In this document: piece by piece, positions 6,612 to 14,480 of the stretch
Layout of the letters: each line of letters opens with the position of its first letter
Position numbering within the stretch: position 1 is the stretch's first letter
Source: a virus
Strand: one strand, 5' to 3'
IMG/VR virus record: IMGVR_UViG_3300015263_000653
Location: 25,857 to 89,856 of that record
Length of the DNA: 64,000 nt
Program-made: the position numbers and the translations under genes
The notes under the pieces: model-generated
What the model was told of the DNA's origin: nothing
Databases searched by the model: none
Seen by the model: only the letters and a program-made list of their open reading frames with translations

Positions 6612-6869
6612 CACCCGCTTGTATTATGTAAGAGGGACACATGACTCACTCGCTGAATCGCAGCGAGTGAGTGTGTTGCAAAAATTGTAATTGAGAAACT
6701 CTCAATTTTTTTTGTGCCATGTGGCCCATGGGGGAGGCACCCCCGCCGCTATGTCACCCCCCTCTCTTATATTAACAAGAAGAAATTTTTCAGACGCCTG
6801 CGCAGCAAAAACCGAAACTCCGAAACTTCTTTGGAGTGAGGCTATATCTCAGAAAAGGAGAAGAAAGCG

Positions 6870-7061
6870 ATGTTGCAAAAAATCCGCCGACAGAAAATCG
6901 TCGCACGCATATTGCGAGCGGTAGCCGAAGAAACTCAAGAGCCGTCTCTTCAGCAGATGAAAGAGGTGGCAGCCCTCGCCTGCAAGATTGCGGCGAAGGT
7001 CCATCCAGATCCGAAGCATCGGTGCGAGCACTGCGAACGACGGCAGCGTCAGTACGCCTAA
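6870..7061 (+). CDS. Small hypothetical protein (63 aa)
   Basis: AGGAG RBS; converges on the minus-strand block. Confidence 0.6.
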   Translation: MLQKIRRQKIVARILRAVAEETQEPSLQQMKEVAALACKIAAKVHPDPKHRCEHCERRQRQYA

Positions 7062-7372
7062 GCCGTCTCGACGAGAATCTCGATGATCTCGTCCATCATG
7101 AATTCGAGTTTGTCGCCGCAAGTCCAAGCGGTGGCGACGACGGGATCGTTATTCAGTTCGCCCAAGAGATCCTCTTGCTCACCGACGCCCTGAACCATGA
7201 CCCACATGTATTCTCGGCGATCTCTGGCGGCAAGAAACGCCAGCTTCACAAAAGCCCCGATCAAGTCTTCGGGCTTTAGATTGTGCTCTGCGATCAACCT
7301 CTGCGTTGTGGCCTTCCGTTCCTCGTTACAGCCTTCGCAGACGTGGAAGATGTTGGCAATTGGCTCCGTCAT
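7058..7372 (-). CDS. DUF2314/YegJ-like protein
   Basis: EYMWV...GELNNDP...GD..F...I motif pattern. Confidence 0.6.
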   Translation of the reverse strand: MTEPIANIFHVCEGCNEERKATTQRLIAEHNLKPEDLIGAFVKLAFLAARDRREYMWVMVQGVGEQEDLLGELNNDPVVATAWTCGDKLEFMMDEIIEILVETA

Positions 7373-7611
7373 GACTCAAGGACTTCCTTTCTGCCCTTTT
7401 CGGTCAGGAATCCTTTCATGAAGGTTTCCTGCTCAAGTTCTACTTCTTCGACCCGCAACCATCCCTGATCGATGGCATAGTTCCATCCGTTGCGGAGGAA
7501 CTCATTGCGAGCGGTGTGTCCGTCGAATCGGCAGTAAGTCAAATCGAGGTTCTGTCCTGTGAACAGACGCTTGAAGGACTGCCGATATTCTTCTTCGAGG
7601 TTCTCGCTCAT
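7369..7611 (-). CDS. Hypothetical protein
   Basis: Translationally coupled ORF, start MSENLEE. Confidence 0.7.
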   Translation of the reverse strand: MSENLEEEYRQSFKRLFTGQNLDLTYCRFDGHTARNEFLRNGWNYAIDQGWLRVEEVELEQETFMKGFLTEKGRKEVLES

Positions 7612-7847
7612 ACTACCCTCAACTCTGGTTTTTCTTCTTGGTAGCCCCAGTGTATCTTCAACAGGCTCTCGGGAACATCCTGCCCGACAGATTTCTTGGC
7701 TTCGAAAATCATCTTCGACATTTCGGGCATCATCATGGGCGCATAGACGCTGGTAACTTTGCCGCAGTTGGGACACCAAGTGATCCCATCAGCCAGCGAA
7801 GTCATTGGAACTTTGCAGTGTCGGCACTCCCATTCACAGCCCAGCAT
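7608..7847 (-). CDS. Zinc-ribbon protein
   Basis: CRHC...WCPNCG. Confidence 0.7.
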   Translation of the reverse strand: MLGCEWECRHCKVPMTSLADGITWCPNCGKVTSVYAPMMMPEMSKMIFEAKKSVGQDVPESLLKIHWGYQEEKPELRVV

Positions 7848-7848
7848 G

Positions 7849-8094
7849 TTATTCTCGCTTTCCAGTTCGGCCCAAGATCCTCTTCCCTTTGTGGATGACG
7901 CTCCCGCTGGGATCGACGTAGACCTTGCCACGTTCACACAACTCACCATTGACGGTGATCGTGCGGGGGCCGTCCACATGAATTCCATGGGCGACAAGAT
8001 AGGCGTCGATGGCAACAGCGACTTCATCGCCACTGAGTTTGATCTCGACGCCCGGCCCGTATTCGGTGGGGCCTTTCCCTGCTTTGACTTTCAT
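7849..8094 (-). CDS. Hypothetical protein
   Basis: Coupled ORF in minus-strand operon. Confidence 0.7.
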   Translation of the reverse strand: MKVKAGKGPTEYGPGVEIKLSGDEVAVAIDAYLVAHGIHVDGPRTITVNGELCERGKVYVDPSGSVIHKGKRILGRTGKRE

Positions 8095-8681
8095 GATGCA
8101 CCCATGAATTCTTTCCGAGGCTCATACAGCAGATGTCTGCCGGATTCGAGTCCTTTGGGGAACTGTTGCAAAATTTGTGTCTGCCACTCGTTGGGCTGGA
8201 AGTCTTCGTGTTGAGCGAGGGTGAGGAGCATCTCCGCTTCGTACATGTGGCCTCGGGAGTTGGACCGATCTCGTTCCGTGAGGATTTTGCCGTTATAGAA
8301 ATCACGGCACTGAGAGGCGGCGAGGCAGATGGCTCCGAGACCCATCGTGCGGTTATTGCTGGCGAACGGGAGCCAGTCTGCCCGGATGGCGACGACGGGG
8401 ATGGGATGTTCCAGAGAACCGATGATGGCAAAGCCGAAGTTGGTGGGAATCGGCAGTCCCATTGCGACATTGACAACTCGATTGCCGATCAATCGCCATG
8501 CCAAGGTGCAGAGTTGGTTGATCTCTTTGTTGGGGAAGTCTGTCCGCAGGAAGTCGATGAGGTAGTCGAACATCGTTGTGACGCTGTTGAGATGCGTCTT
8601 GAGGGGATCACCTTCTGTGAGGAACTGCTCATGGGTGAACATGAAGTCGAACAGCGGATGTTGGAACATTGGTCGTTTCAT
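8091..8681 (-). CDS. Hypothetical protein (196 aa)
   Basis: Coupled ORF with GAGG RBS. Confidence 0.8.
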   Translation of the reverse strand: MKRPMFQHPLFDFMFTHEQFLTEGDPLKTHLNSVTTMFDYLIDFLRTDFPNKEINQLCTLAWRLIGNRVVNVAMGLPIPTNFGFAIIGSLEHPIPVVAIRADWLPFASNNRTMGLGAICLAASQCRDFYNGKILTERDRSNSRGHMYEAEMLLTLAQHEDFQPNEWQTQILQQFPKGLESGRHLLYEPRKEFMGAS

Positions 8682-8878
8682 GACTTCCTCGGATTCAGCA
8701 GGGGTTCATAGGATGATTCGAAGACCACGATAGCGGCGGCTTCGATATCATCCTTGAGCACTTCGGTTCGTCCCTCGTCGGCGACGAGTCGTTTGGCGGT
8801 TTCTTCGATTTCAGTTCTGGTGGCCCTGATGATCTTGTCAAGGCGGATCACGGCATCGGCTGTGACTTTCACTTTCAT
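8678..8878 (-). CDS. Small helical protein, histone-fold-like or PCP_red-like (66 aa)
   Basis: KVTADAVIRLDKI...AKRLVADEGRTEVLKDDIEAA. Confidence 0.55.
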   Translation of the reverse strand: MKVKVTADAVIRLDKIIRATRTEIEETAKRLVADEGRTEVLKDDIEAAAIVVFESSYEPLLNPRKS

Positions 8879-8889
8879 TGAAGACTCGT

Positions 8890-9360
8890 TTATCTCTTCA
8901 CGAGCGTCCCGCTCTCGACAGCCCAAGCCAGTCCATGACAAGGGCAAACGTAGCACGATTGTCCTTTGACTTCTGTGGTCGCTTCGAGGCGGCAGCCTTG
9001 GTGTGGGCAATGCAGCTTCGAGAGATCGACTCTTCTGTTCTGGTTTCGTTCCTGAAGCACGGCGATTCCAGCCATTTGTTTTGTGCTGAGGGCTTCGAGT
9101 TCGACGGTGGCTGCTTCACGCACACAGCGGCGAATCTTCTTCTCGACCTTGTTCTCTGTCCCGCAGGCGAGGATGCTGTTGGGCGAAGACTCAAGGAGAC
9201 GCAAAATCCGATCCGGGATGAATCTCATGTCCAGATGATGGTGCTCTTCGCCGCTGATGTCTCCGTAGTGGGTATGGAGAATAGCGAACCAGAAGTTCAC
9301 ACCATTAGTAACTGGCAGTTTGATGCACGGGCGGGTGTAATTGCGTCCGATCACAAACAT
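8890..9360 (-). CDS. Protein with C-terminal Rieske [2Fe-2S] domain
   Basis: CPHQG...CPCHGLAW...G Rieske ligand motifs. Confidence 0.8.
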   Translation of the reverse strand: MFVIGRNYTRPCIKLPVTNGVNFWFAILHTHYGDISGEEHHHLDMRFIPDRILRLLESSPNSILACGTENKVEKKIRRCVREAATVELEALSTKQMAGIAVLQERNQNRRVDLSKLHCPHQGCRLEATTEVKGQSCYVCPCHGLAWAVESGTLVKR

Positions 9361-9379
9361 TGTATGGCACTTTTGGGAG

Positions 9380-9775
9380 TCAGTTTCGTGGGTGGAAAAT
9401 ATCGTACAGATCGTTGTGCATCCGGTGCAGTGGTCCTCCCTCGTACTTCCCGGCGTGCAGCATCCAGCACATCAAATCATATTCCGTGTGGCCGTCGTCC
9501 CCATGATCGGCCCAGATTTCGTAGAGATGGACTTGGGTTTCATGGCTGACGCCATTGAAGTTTCCCATCTTCCGCAGTTCGTCGTATGACACGAGAAATT
9601 TTTCCCGCACATACAGATCAAGTTGGTAGTAACGCCCTTGGACGGGCGTAAAGAACTCTGGCTTTTCGACCACGACTTCGGTAGGAATCCAGAAGTATCG
9701 GATGGTCGAACGGGTGAACCATCGAGGATCGGGATTGTCGATCCGCTTCATGAGTTCGGTGATCTCTAGGATCAT
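9380..9775 (-). CDS. Hypothetical protein
   Basis: ORF, start MILEIT. Confidence 0.7.
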   Translation of the reverse strand: MILEITELMKRIDNPDPRWFTRSTIRYFWIPTEVVVEKPEFFTPVQGRYYQLDLYVREKFLVSYDELRKMGNFNGVSHETQVHLYEIWADHGDDGHTEYDLMCWMLHAGKYEGGPLHRMHNDLYDIFHPRN

Positions 9776-10083
9776 TAGATGAAGGCCCCCATGTTTCTTC
9801 GAGCTTCGGCCTGCTCGATCTTTCGTTGAATGGCTCGTTCGGCGGCGTCGATCACACATTGTGGGCCGAACAATCGGTAAGGCATTTCCAGATGTAGGCG
9901 ACGGACCCACTTCTGGATTTCGTGTTGACATCCGGGGCATTTGGGATCAGGAGGCCACGGATATCTGAGATACGATAGTTGGCAGGTGTGATGCTGCTCA
10001 GCCATCATTTCGGTGCGAGCGGACAACTGCCCCATTTGGAAGTTGATGTCGCACATCATTTTGTTGAGGACAGCGGTGGTCAT
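9775..10083 (-). CDS. Hypothetical protein
   Basis: GGAGG RBS before MTTAVL; CPGC motif. Confidence 0.7.
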   Translation of the reverse strand: MTTAVLNKMMCDINFQMGQLSARTEMMAEQHHTCQLSYLRYPWPPDPKCPGCQHEIQKWVRRLHLEMPYRLFGPQCVIDAAERAIQRKIEQAEARRNMGAFI

Positions 10084-10481
10084 TTTTCCTCCGGTTGTGA
10101 GAACATCCATTGATCGCCGTCCTTGATAATCTCCAGCCACTTTGTGTGGTCTTTGGAGATGATCTGCGGATCGAGCATAAGGCGGACTCGTCGGTGTTCG
10201 ACGGTGATGCCATAGAGACTGGCGAAGAACTCTGCGGGATCATCCACCTGTTTGATGATGTAGTCCAGCTTGTGACGGAAGAGATTCTCTTCCATGTAGC
10301 TGATGTAGCTGCGAAGATCTTCGACCTTCGAGAACATGGGGATGAAGAAGTCCTCGCAGCCATTGAGAAGGACGAGCAACGGTCCAAAAGTTGGATCGAA
10401 CGGAAATACGAGACCCTTGAGATCGACGGGTCGTTCGACGCCATTCCATTTAGGCGGGCCTGTCCAGACGGATTCACTCAT
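10080..10481 (-). CDS. Hypothetical protein
   Basis: Coupled ORF. Confidence 0.75.
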   Translation of the reverse strand: MSESVWTGPPKWNGVERPVDLKGLVFPFDPTFGPLLVLLNGCEDFFIPMFSKVEDLRSYISYMEENLFRHKLDYIIKQVDDPAEFFASLYGITVEHRRVRLMLDPQIISKDHTKWLEIIKDGDQWMFSQPEEK

Positions 10482-10663
10482 TCGACTTCCTCCACAGATT
10501 TCGTGATGAACTCTTCTCCCTGTTGAAATTGATCGTAGGCGATGTCGTGCCCTCGATCAATTGCCTCATTGCGATCCTCGGCATGAAAAGGGCCAACGGT
10601 CTCAATGACCATGCGATTTCTGAGGTTGCACCAAAATTCCACCTTCGCTGTCCATTTCTTCAC
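10478..10663 (-). CDS. Small hypothetical protein
   Basis: Coupled ORF. Confidence 0.65.
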   Translation of the reverse strand: MKKWTAKVEFWCNLRNRMVIETVGPFHAEDRNEAIDRGHDIAYDQFQQGEEFITKSVEEVE

Positions 10664-10946
10664 GTCGATTCCTTTCTTTTCGCTTCCTTGCTCGAATGAA
10701 CAAGCCCAGAATAATTCCGAAGCTCACTGCCCCGGAGACGAAATGATGGAGGGGAACTGGCTCGACGGGATGTTCGAGGTAGTTCCGCCATCCTTGAAAC
10801 GCAATGATGCCGGGAATCTTGAAGACGCTGTAGACAAGCAGCATTCCCATGAAGAGGCCGACAGCATCCATGAGTCCTTTGATCGGCATGAACCATCTGT
10901 GGAAGATGACGGCAAGGACACCGATGAAGATGAAGTCAAAATTCAT
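10602..10946 (-). CDS. Membrane protein
   Basis: Three hydrophobic segments. Confidence 0.7.
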   Translation of the reverse strand: MNFDFIFIGVLAVIFHRWFMPIKGLMDAVGLFMGMLLVYSVFKIPGIIAFQGWRNYLEHPVEPVPLHHFVSGAVSFGIILGLFIRARKRKERNRREEMDSEGGILVQPQKSHGH

Positions 10947-11383
10947 AACTCTTTCCTCTGCAAATCGACCACGCAAGCGTGGTGCCCACGCTGGGCTTCA
11001 CCAAACGTGCGATAGCGATTGAAGGTGTATGTGGTTGGACCGAAGACCATTGTTTCAAACCAGTCCGGGCCGTCTCCCTCGTCGAAGTCGGCGGCGACCT
11101 TCGCCAGATGTTCTTGAGTGGCTCTTGGCAGGTGGGTCGTCTTAATATGTCGGGGCGTCGTGTAGCCGTTTAGTGGGACGACGCTGAAGATGGTGGAGAC
11201 TTCGTACTCACCGACTTGGGTTTTCTCAACTCGGAGGGCGTCTTCATGCTCCATCTGCCAGAAGATGGCTTCGATGAAGTGAACGGGAACGACTTGTTTG
11301 TTCTCGTCGAGGATCGCTGACATGAATGGTGGTTCGGGAACCATCTTCTTCATGTGGTCGATGAGTTCTTGTCTTTCATCCAT
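10943..11383 (-). CDS. Hypothetical phage protein
   Basis: VSTIF...FETMVFG...RY.T..EA..GH pattern seen in phage hypotheticals. Confidence 0.75.
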   Translation of the reverse strand: MDERQELIDHMKKMVPEPPFMSAILDENKQVVPVHFIEAIFWQMEHEDALRVEKTQVGEYEVSTIFSVVPLNGYTTPRHIKTTHLPRATQEHLAKVAADFDEGDGPDWFETMVFGPTTYTFNRYRTFGEAQRGHHACVVDLQRKEL

Positions 11384-11391
11384 CTCAATTC

Positions 11392-11679
11392 TCAGTCGTA
11401 CAAACGGGCCACTGTGACACCAAACTTCTTATCGAGTGCGAGGATTTCGGCTTCAAGCGAATCCAGAGCGGCTTTGGCGCAAGTGACGGTGATTGATTGT
11501 TCTGCCCATTCCTGTTCGATCAAAGGCGAGAGGGTGCGAGCCAGCCGGTAGCTGGAGTCTCTGACCTTTGCCCAGATTTCTCCGCTGTCGCTTCTGTTGA
11601 AAAAGGTTCCTCGATCTGTTCGTAGTCCGAGCAGATAGAGGGATTGTTGTTGGACAGCGAGAATCAATGCTTGGTTCAT
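11392..11679 (-). CDS. Hypothetical protein
   Basis: ORF in operon. Confidence 0.7.
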   Translation of the reverse strand: MNQALILAVQQQSLYLLGLRTDRGTFFNRSDSGEIWAKVRDSSYRLARTLSPLIEQEWAEQSITVTCAKAALDSLEAEILALDKKFGVTVARLYD

Positions 11680-12044
11680 GGCGTAAAGTTGCCTTCGTCG
11701 ATGAGAAAGCCATATCCATGTCCGTTGGCCGAGAGCATGTCTGCGACGACTTCTTCGACGGATCGTGATGGCTGAAACATGACGAAGCCTTGTGCTTCCT
11801 TGACGGCAACTCCGAGGACGAGATCACTGAGCTTCCAGCGATCTTCCTCTTCTCCTTGTTCGGTTCCCACGATGGCTTCATCACCTTCGGCTCTGATGAA
11901 GAATTTCGAGGTTGAGTTGCCGGTCTCGTTGATGTGTTTGTGGTTCCAGATTCCTTTGGCTTTTCCCGGAAAGCTGTCGAGGGCGATCCGTCGTTGGGTA
12001 TAGCCGTGGGCGATCTCCAAGATTTTCTGACTGTTGGCATCCAT
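11676..12044 (-). CDS. Hypothetical protein
   Basis: Coupled ORF, start MDANSQ. Confidence 0.7.
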   Translation of the reverse strand: MDANSQKILEIAHGYTQRRIALDSFPGKAKGIWNHKHINETGNSTSKFFIRAEGDEAIVGTEQGEEEDRWKLSDLVLGVAVKEAQGFVMFQPSRSVEEVVADMLSANGHGYGFLIDEGNFTP

Positions 12045-12316
12045 TAGATCGAGTTCACAATACGAAGGTGAGCGACAAGGTTGTTCCATCGTGGAACATC
12101 AATGTAGGCCACACCATCCTCGATGTAGCCATTGCTGAGGCCCATACGTTCGCAGACCTTGTATTCTCCTGACGAGAGCAGATCGAGCAGGGCTTGTCCG
12201 TCTTCCTCGACGAGCATCTTCTGCTGAAAGGCGTCCCGAGTGAGATGAAGGTCTGTGCTCTCGGGGGTTTCCGAGGTTTCTTCACACAGACCACGAAGTT
12301 TGTCCAAAAAGCTCAT
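12044..12316 (-). CDS. Hypothetical protein
   Basis: TAATG-coupled ORF, start MSFLDK. Confidence 0.7.
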   Translation of the reverse strand: MSFLDKLRGLCEETSETPESTDLHLTRDAFQQKMLVEEDGQALLDLLSSGEYKVCERMGLSNGYIEDGVAYIDVPRWNNLVAHLRIVNSI

Positions 12317-12528
12317 TACTGCATCCTTATCGTGACGTTGTGCTTGCGACAATAGCGTTGGAGAGCTTCTGCCCGAAGTTGATGAAGTCGTCCTTTGCCC
12401 TCGTGAAACTGTTCGAAAATTGCCGCCAGTTGCACGGCATCGACTTCATTCTGGGCTTCGAAGACGAGCTTGCCGACTTTCTCAGAAGTGCATCCCTTGC
12501 GGCCAAAGGCTTTTGCTTCGACTTTCAT
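12316..12528 (-). CDS. Small hypothetical protein
   Basis: Coupled ORF. Confidence 0.65.
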   Translation of the reverse strand: MKVEAKAFGRKGCTSEKVGKLVFEAQNEVDAVQLAAIFEQFHEGKGRLHQLRAEALQRYCRKHNVTIRMQ

Positions 12529-13046
12529 GTGATGTTCGCTCCCCGCCAGATGAGATGACTGTTGGCATATTCACCCTCGATCATGAATGTTCGGTTGTCT
12601 TTGGTGTTGAGACCAGCTTGTCTGTAGAAGTGGCTGAGAGCGAGATAGTAATCACTCTGGCTCAACTCGAAGACGTGTTCCCAAGCGTTATCGAGGTAGA
12701 TGACGGTGAGTGAGCAGTCGTGCCCATTCGCCATCAGAGTACAATTGTTGGGATACAGGTCGAGTGCGGTGATGCTGTTGTCTTGAATGCGATAGCAGGT
12801 CTCGGGGCACCTCTTGATGGCTTCTGGATCGAGACCGATCCCACCTTCATCTTCGAGGGCGAGCCGCAGACAAGGATAGCCGTCCAGCCATTTGTGGGGA
12901 TTGTTTCCCCAGATGGCATCGACCAATTGCCACTTCTGCCGTCCCCGTTGAACTGTTTCGGCGGCGGGAGCTTGTGTGAGTTCCACGAAGGGCAGGAGCA
13001 GGGATGCCGCTGTGATTCCGAGTGCTTCTCTACGGGTGATTTCCAT
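12525..13046 (-). CDS. Hypothetical protein with twin-arginine-like N-terminus
   Basis: MEITRREALGITAASLLLPF. Confidence 0.7.
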   Translation of the reverse strand: MEITRREALGITAASLLLPFVELTQAPAAETVQRGRQKWQLVDAIWGNNPHKWLDGYPCLRLALEDEGGIGLDPEAIKRCPETCYRIQDNSITALDLYPNNCTLMANGHDCSLTVIYLDNAWEHVFELSQSDYYLALSHFYRQAGLNTKDNRTFMIEGEYANSHLIWRGANIT

Positions 13047-13266
13047 CGTCGTCTTTCTTGTCTGGTGGTCTTCTGACGGAGGACTGTGCGAGTCCTGCTT
13101 GGAGTTGACCGAGTGTGACTTGTTCCCCGGCCTTGAGTGACACGATGTCGCCGTTACATTCTGGGCAGCCGCCTTTGGTGCTGAACCAGTAGTTGGGGAT
13201 CGGCATCTGCCATTCGTGATTGTTCTGACACTTGGCGTGCAGAGTGGGGAACACAGGTTCGTTCAT
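13030..13266 (-). CDS. Zinc-ribbon protein
   Basis: CQNNHEW...GCPECN. Confidence 0.7.
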   Translation of the reverse strand: MNEPVFPTLHAKCQNNHEWQMPIPNYWFSTKGGCPECNGDIVSLKAGEQVTLGQLQAGLAQSSVRRPPDKKDDDGNHP

Positions 13267-13643
13267 TGTAGCTCCGCAATGACTTCTACGATTTCGTTCT
13301 CACAACTGATCTGACATTCTTCGAATGGCGGGAATCCCAACTGATCGCAGATGAGGCGGATTGTTATTATGTTCGGCACTCGGCCCGGTCTCGAAAGTGA
13401 CATACTCATGTGTCGAACCCATACAGCCCCTCTTCCACTCTTCGTCGGGTACTCCGAAATAGAATACACCAACTTCCAGCAGGGTTCCAGATCAATGCAG
13501 TATCCGGGGCGATCTCCGGGCGGTGGGGCAGTCCCTTCAATGATCTTCAGGCAGTCCTCGAAAGGAATGCGGTTTTCCTCTGCTTCTGCGAAGGCTCTAA
13601 GGTTGCCTATCTTAACATCGTCTAACAAAATGGGCGTTCCCAT
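13263..13643 (-). CDS. Hypothetical protein
   Basis: ORF in operon. Confidence 0.75.
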   Translation of the reverse strand: MGTPILLDDVKIGNLRAFAEAEENRIPFEDCLKIIEGTAPPPGDRPGYCIDLEPCWKLVYSISEYPTKSGRGAVWVRHMSMSLSRPGRVPNIITIRLICDQLGFPPFEECQISCENEIVEVIAELQ

Positions 13644-13653
13644 TGTGAGCCTC

Positions 13654-13896
13654 TCAGTGGCCTTCTAAGGGCCTGATCAGGATATGTGGCTTCCCGTCTG
13701 TGTAGAGGCGGTAGCACTCCACACAGACGAATTCTGAGCTTACAGCGGCCTTCCGTGCCAACGAATCCGGTGCGGCCATGATTTCATGGTCACAATTGTA
13801 ACAATTTCGCTTTTGGCTCCCGGCTTTTCCGTTCCAGTAGGGATCACCTACCCGGCAGCATATGAGAGCGACGGCATCGGCAGGCCACGGCTTCAT
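13654..13896 (-). CDS. Small Cys-rich protein
   Basis: CYNC...CVEC. Confidence 0.7.
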   Translation of the reverse strand: MKPWPADAVALICCRVGDPYWNGKAGSQKRNCYNCDHEIMAAPDSLARKAAVSSEFVCVECYRLYTDGKPHILIRPLEGH

Positions 13897-14480
13897 TCGT
13901 CGTATCTTTCGGTTCGATAGTCTTCGCCTTCCACGACTGGTCGTGGGGTCGGCCAGATTCTTCTCAGTGCAGTCATGAGATCACAGCCGCACCATGGAAG
14001 TTTGATTTCGGCAGGCTGGTTGTTCTTGTCTCTCAGCCAGACGAGGATTCGGTCGGACTGGTTGTCGCAGTAGTGGCATTTGGCTCGACGGGCCTTTGCT
14101 GCTTCTCGGACCTGATCCAGTTGTGCGAGGACGACGGACGATTGAGTGGCGATCTCTTTCTCCAGAGTCCCCAGAGCGATAGCGGCAGAGAGGAGGATAT
14201 TGGAGTTGGTGGGTTCGTGTCGAATGGATTCGAAAAGGTTTCGAGCCCACTTCTTGACTATTGGGTTGTCCAAACCTTCGACGATCTGTTCGAGACTGTT
14301 GGAGTCTTCTACGATCTCCAATCCATCCCTGAGTGGAATGGATGCGTCATCATGTCCATCGATTTCGGTCCAGAGGCCGTTGTTCATCAGCCAAACATCC
14401 TTGCCGTTCCGCACGCCGTGGACGAATGGATGATCTTGATAGGGAAGCTTGCAAATTTGTATGTCAGTGACTTGGCTCAT
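13893..14480 (-). CDS. Hypothetical protein (195 aa)
   Basis: Coupled ORF; CHYC and WCGC. Confidence 0.75.
   Translation of the reverse strand: MSQVTDIQICKLPYQDHPFVHGVRNGKDVWLMNNGLWTEIDGHDDASIPLRDGLEIVEDSNSLEQIVEGLDNPIVKKWARNLFESIRHEPTNSNILLSAAIALGTLEKEIATQSSVVLAQLDQVREAAKARRAKCHYCDNQSDRILVWLRDKNNQPAEIKLPWCGCDLMTALRRIWPTPRPVVEGEDYRTERYDE

Larger units (their letters stand above)
6..6629 (+). repeat. Array of 24 direct repeats, consensus (T/C)(A/G)ACACCCGCTTG-N5-YGT, delimiting gene/RNA cassettes
   Basis: 13-nt core starts at 6 (variant CCCACTTG), 182, 545, 828, 1271, 1663, 2048, 2434, 2591, 2817, 3370, 3645, 3845, 4080, 4502, 4586, 4825, 5012, 5297, 5376, 5587, 5999, 6100, 6609, all on the + strand. 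20 of 24 have TGT/CGT exactly 5 nt after the core. No copy noticed after 6629. Confidence 0.97.

Noticed and set aside
182-6621. Classical integron with attC sites (stop codon in TAAC)
   Set aside because: No matching GTTRRRY end or long attC palindrome in most units, and no integrase in the window; kept only as an analogy
6-6629. CRISPR array
   Set aside because: The repeat is only 13 nt, the intervening units are about 65-540 nt and mostly whole genes, and no cas genes are in the window
89-6649. Long minus-strand and read-through ORFs over the array (e.g. 2413-3447, 575-1360, 5396-6205)
   Set aside because: Shadow frames; they repeatedly translate the repeat (KRVL, QAGV, NTRL) and lack RBSs, while the + strand cassettes have them
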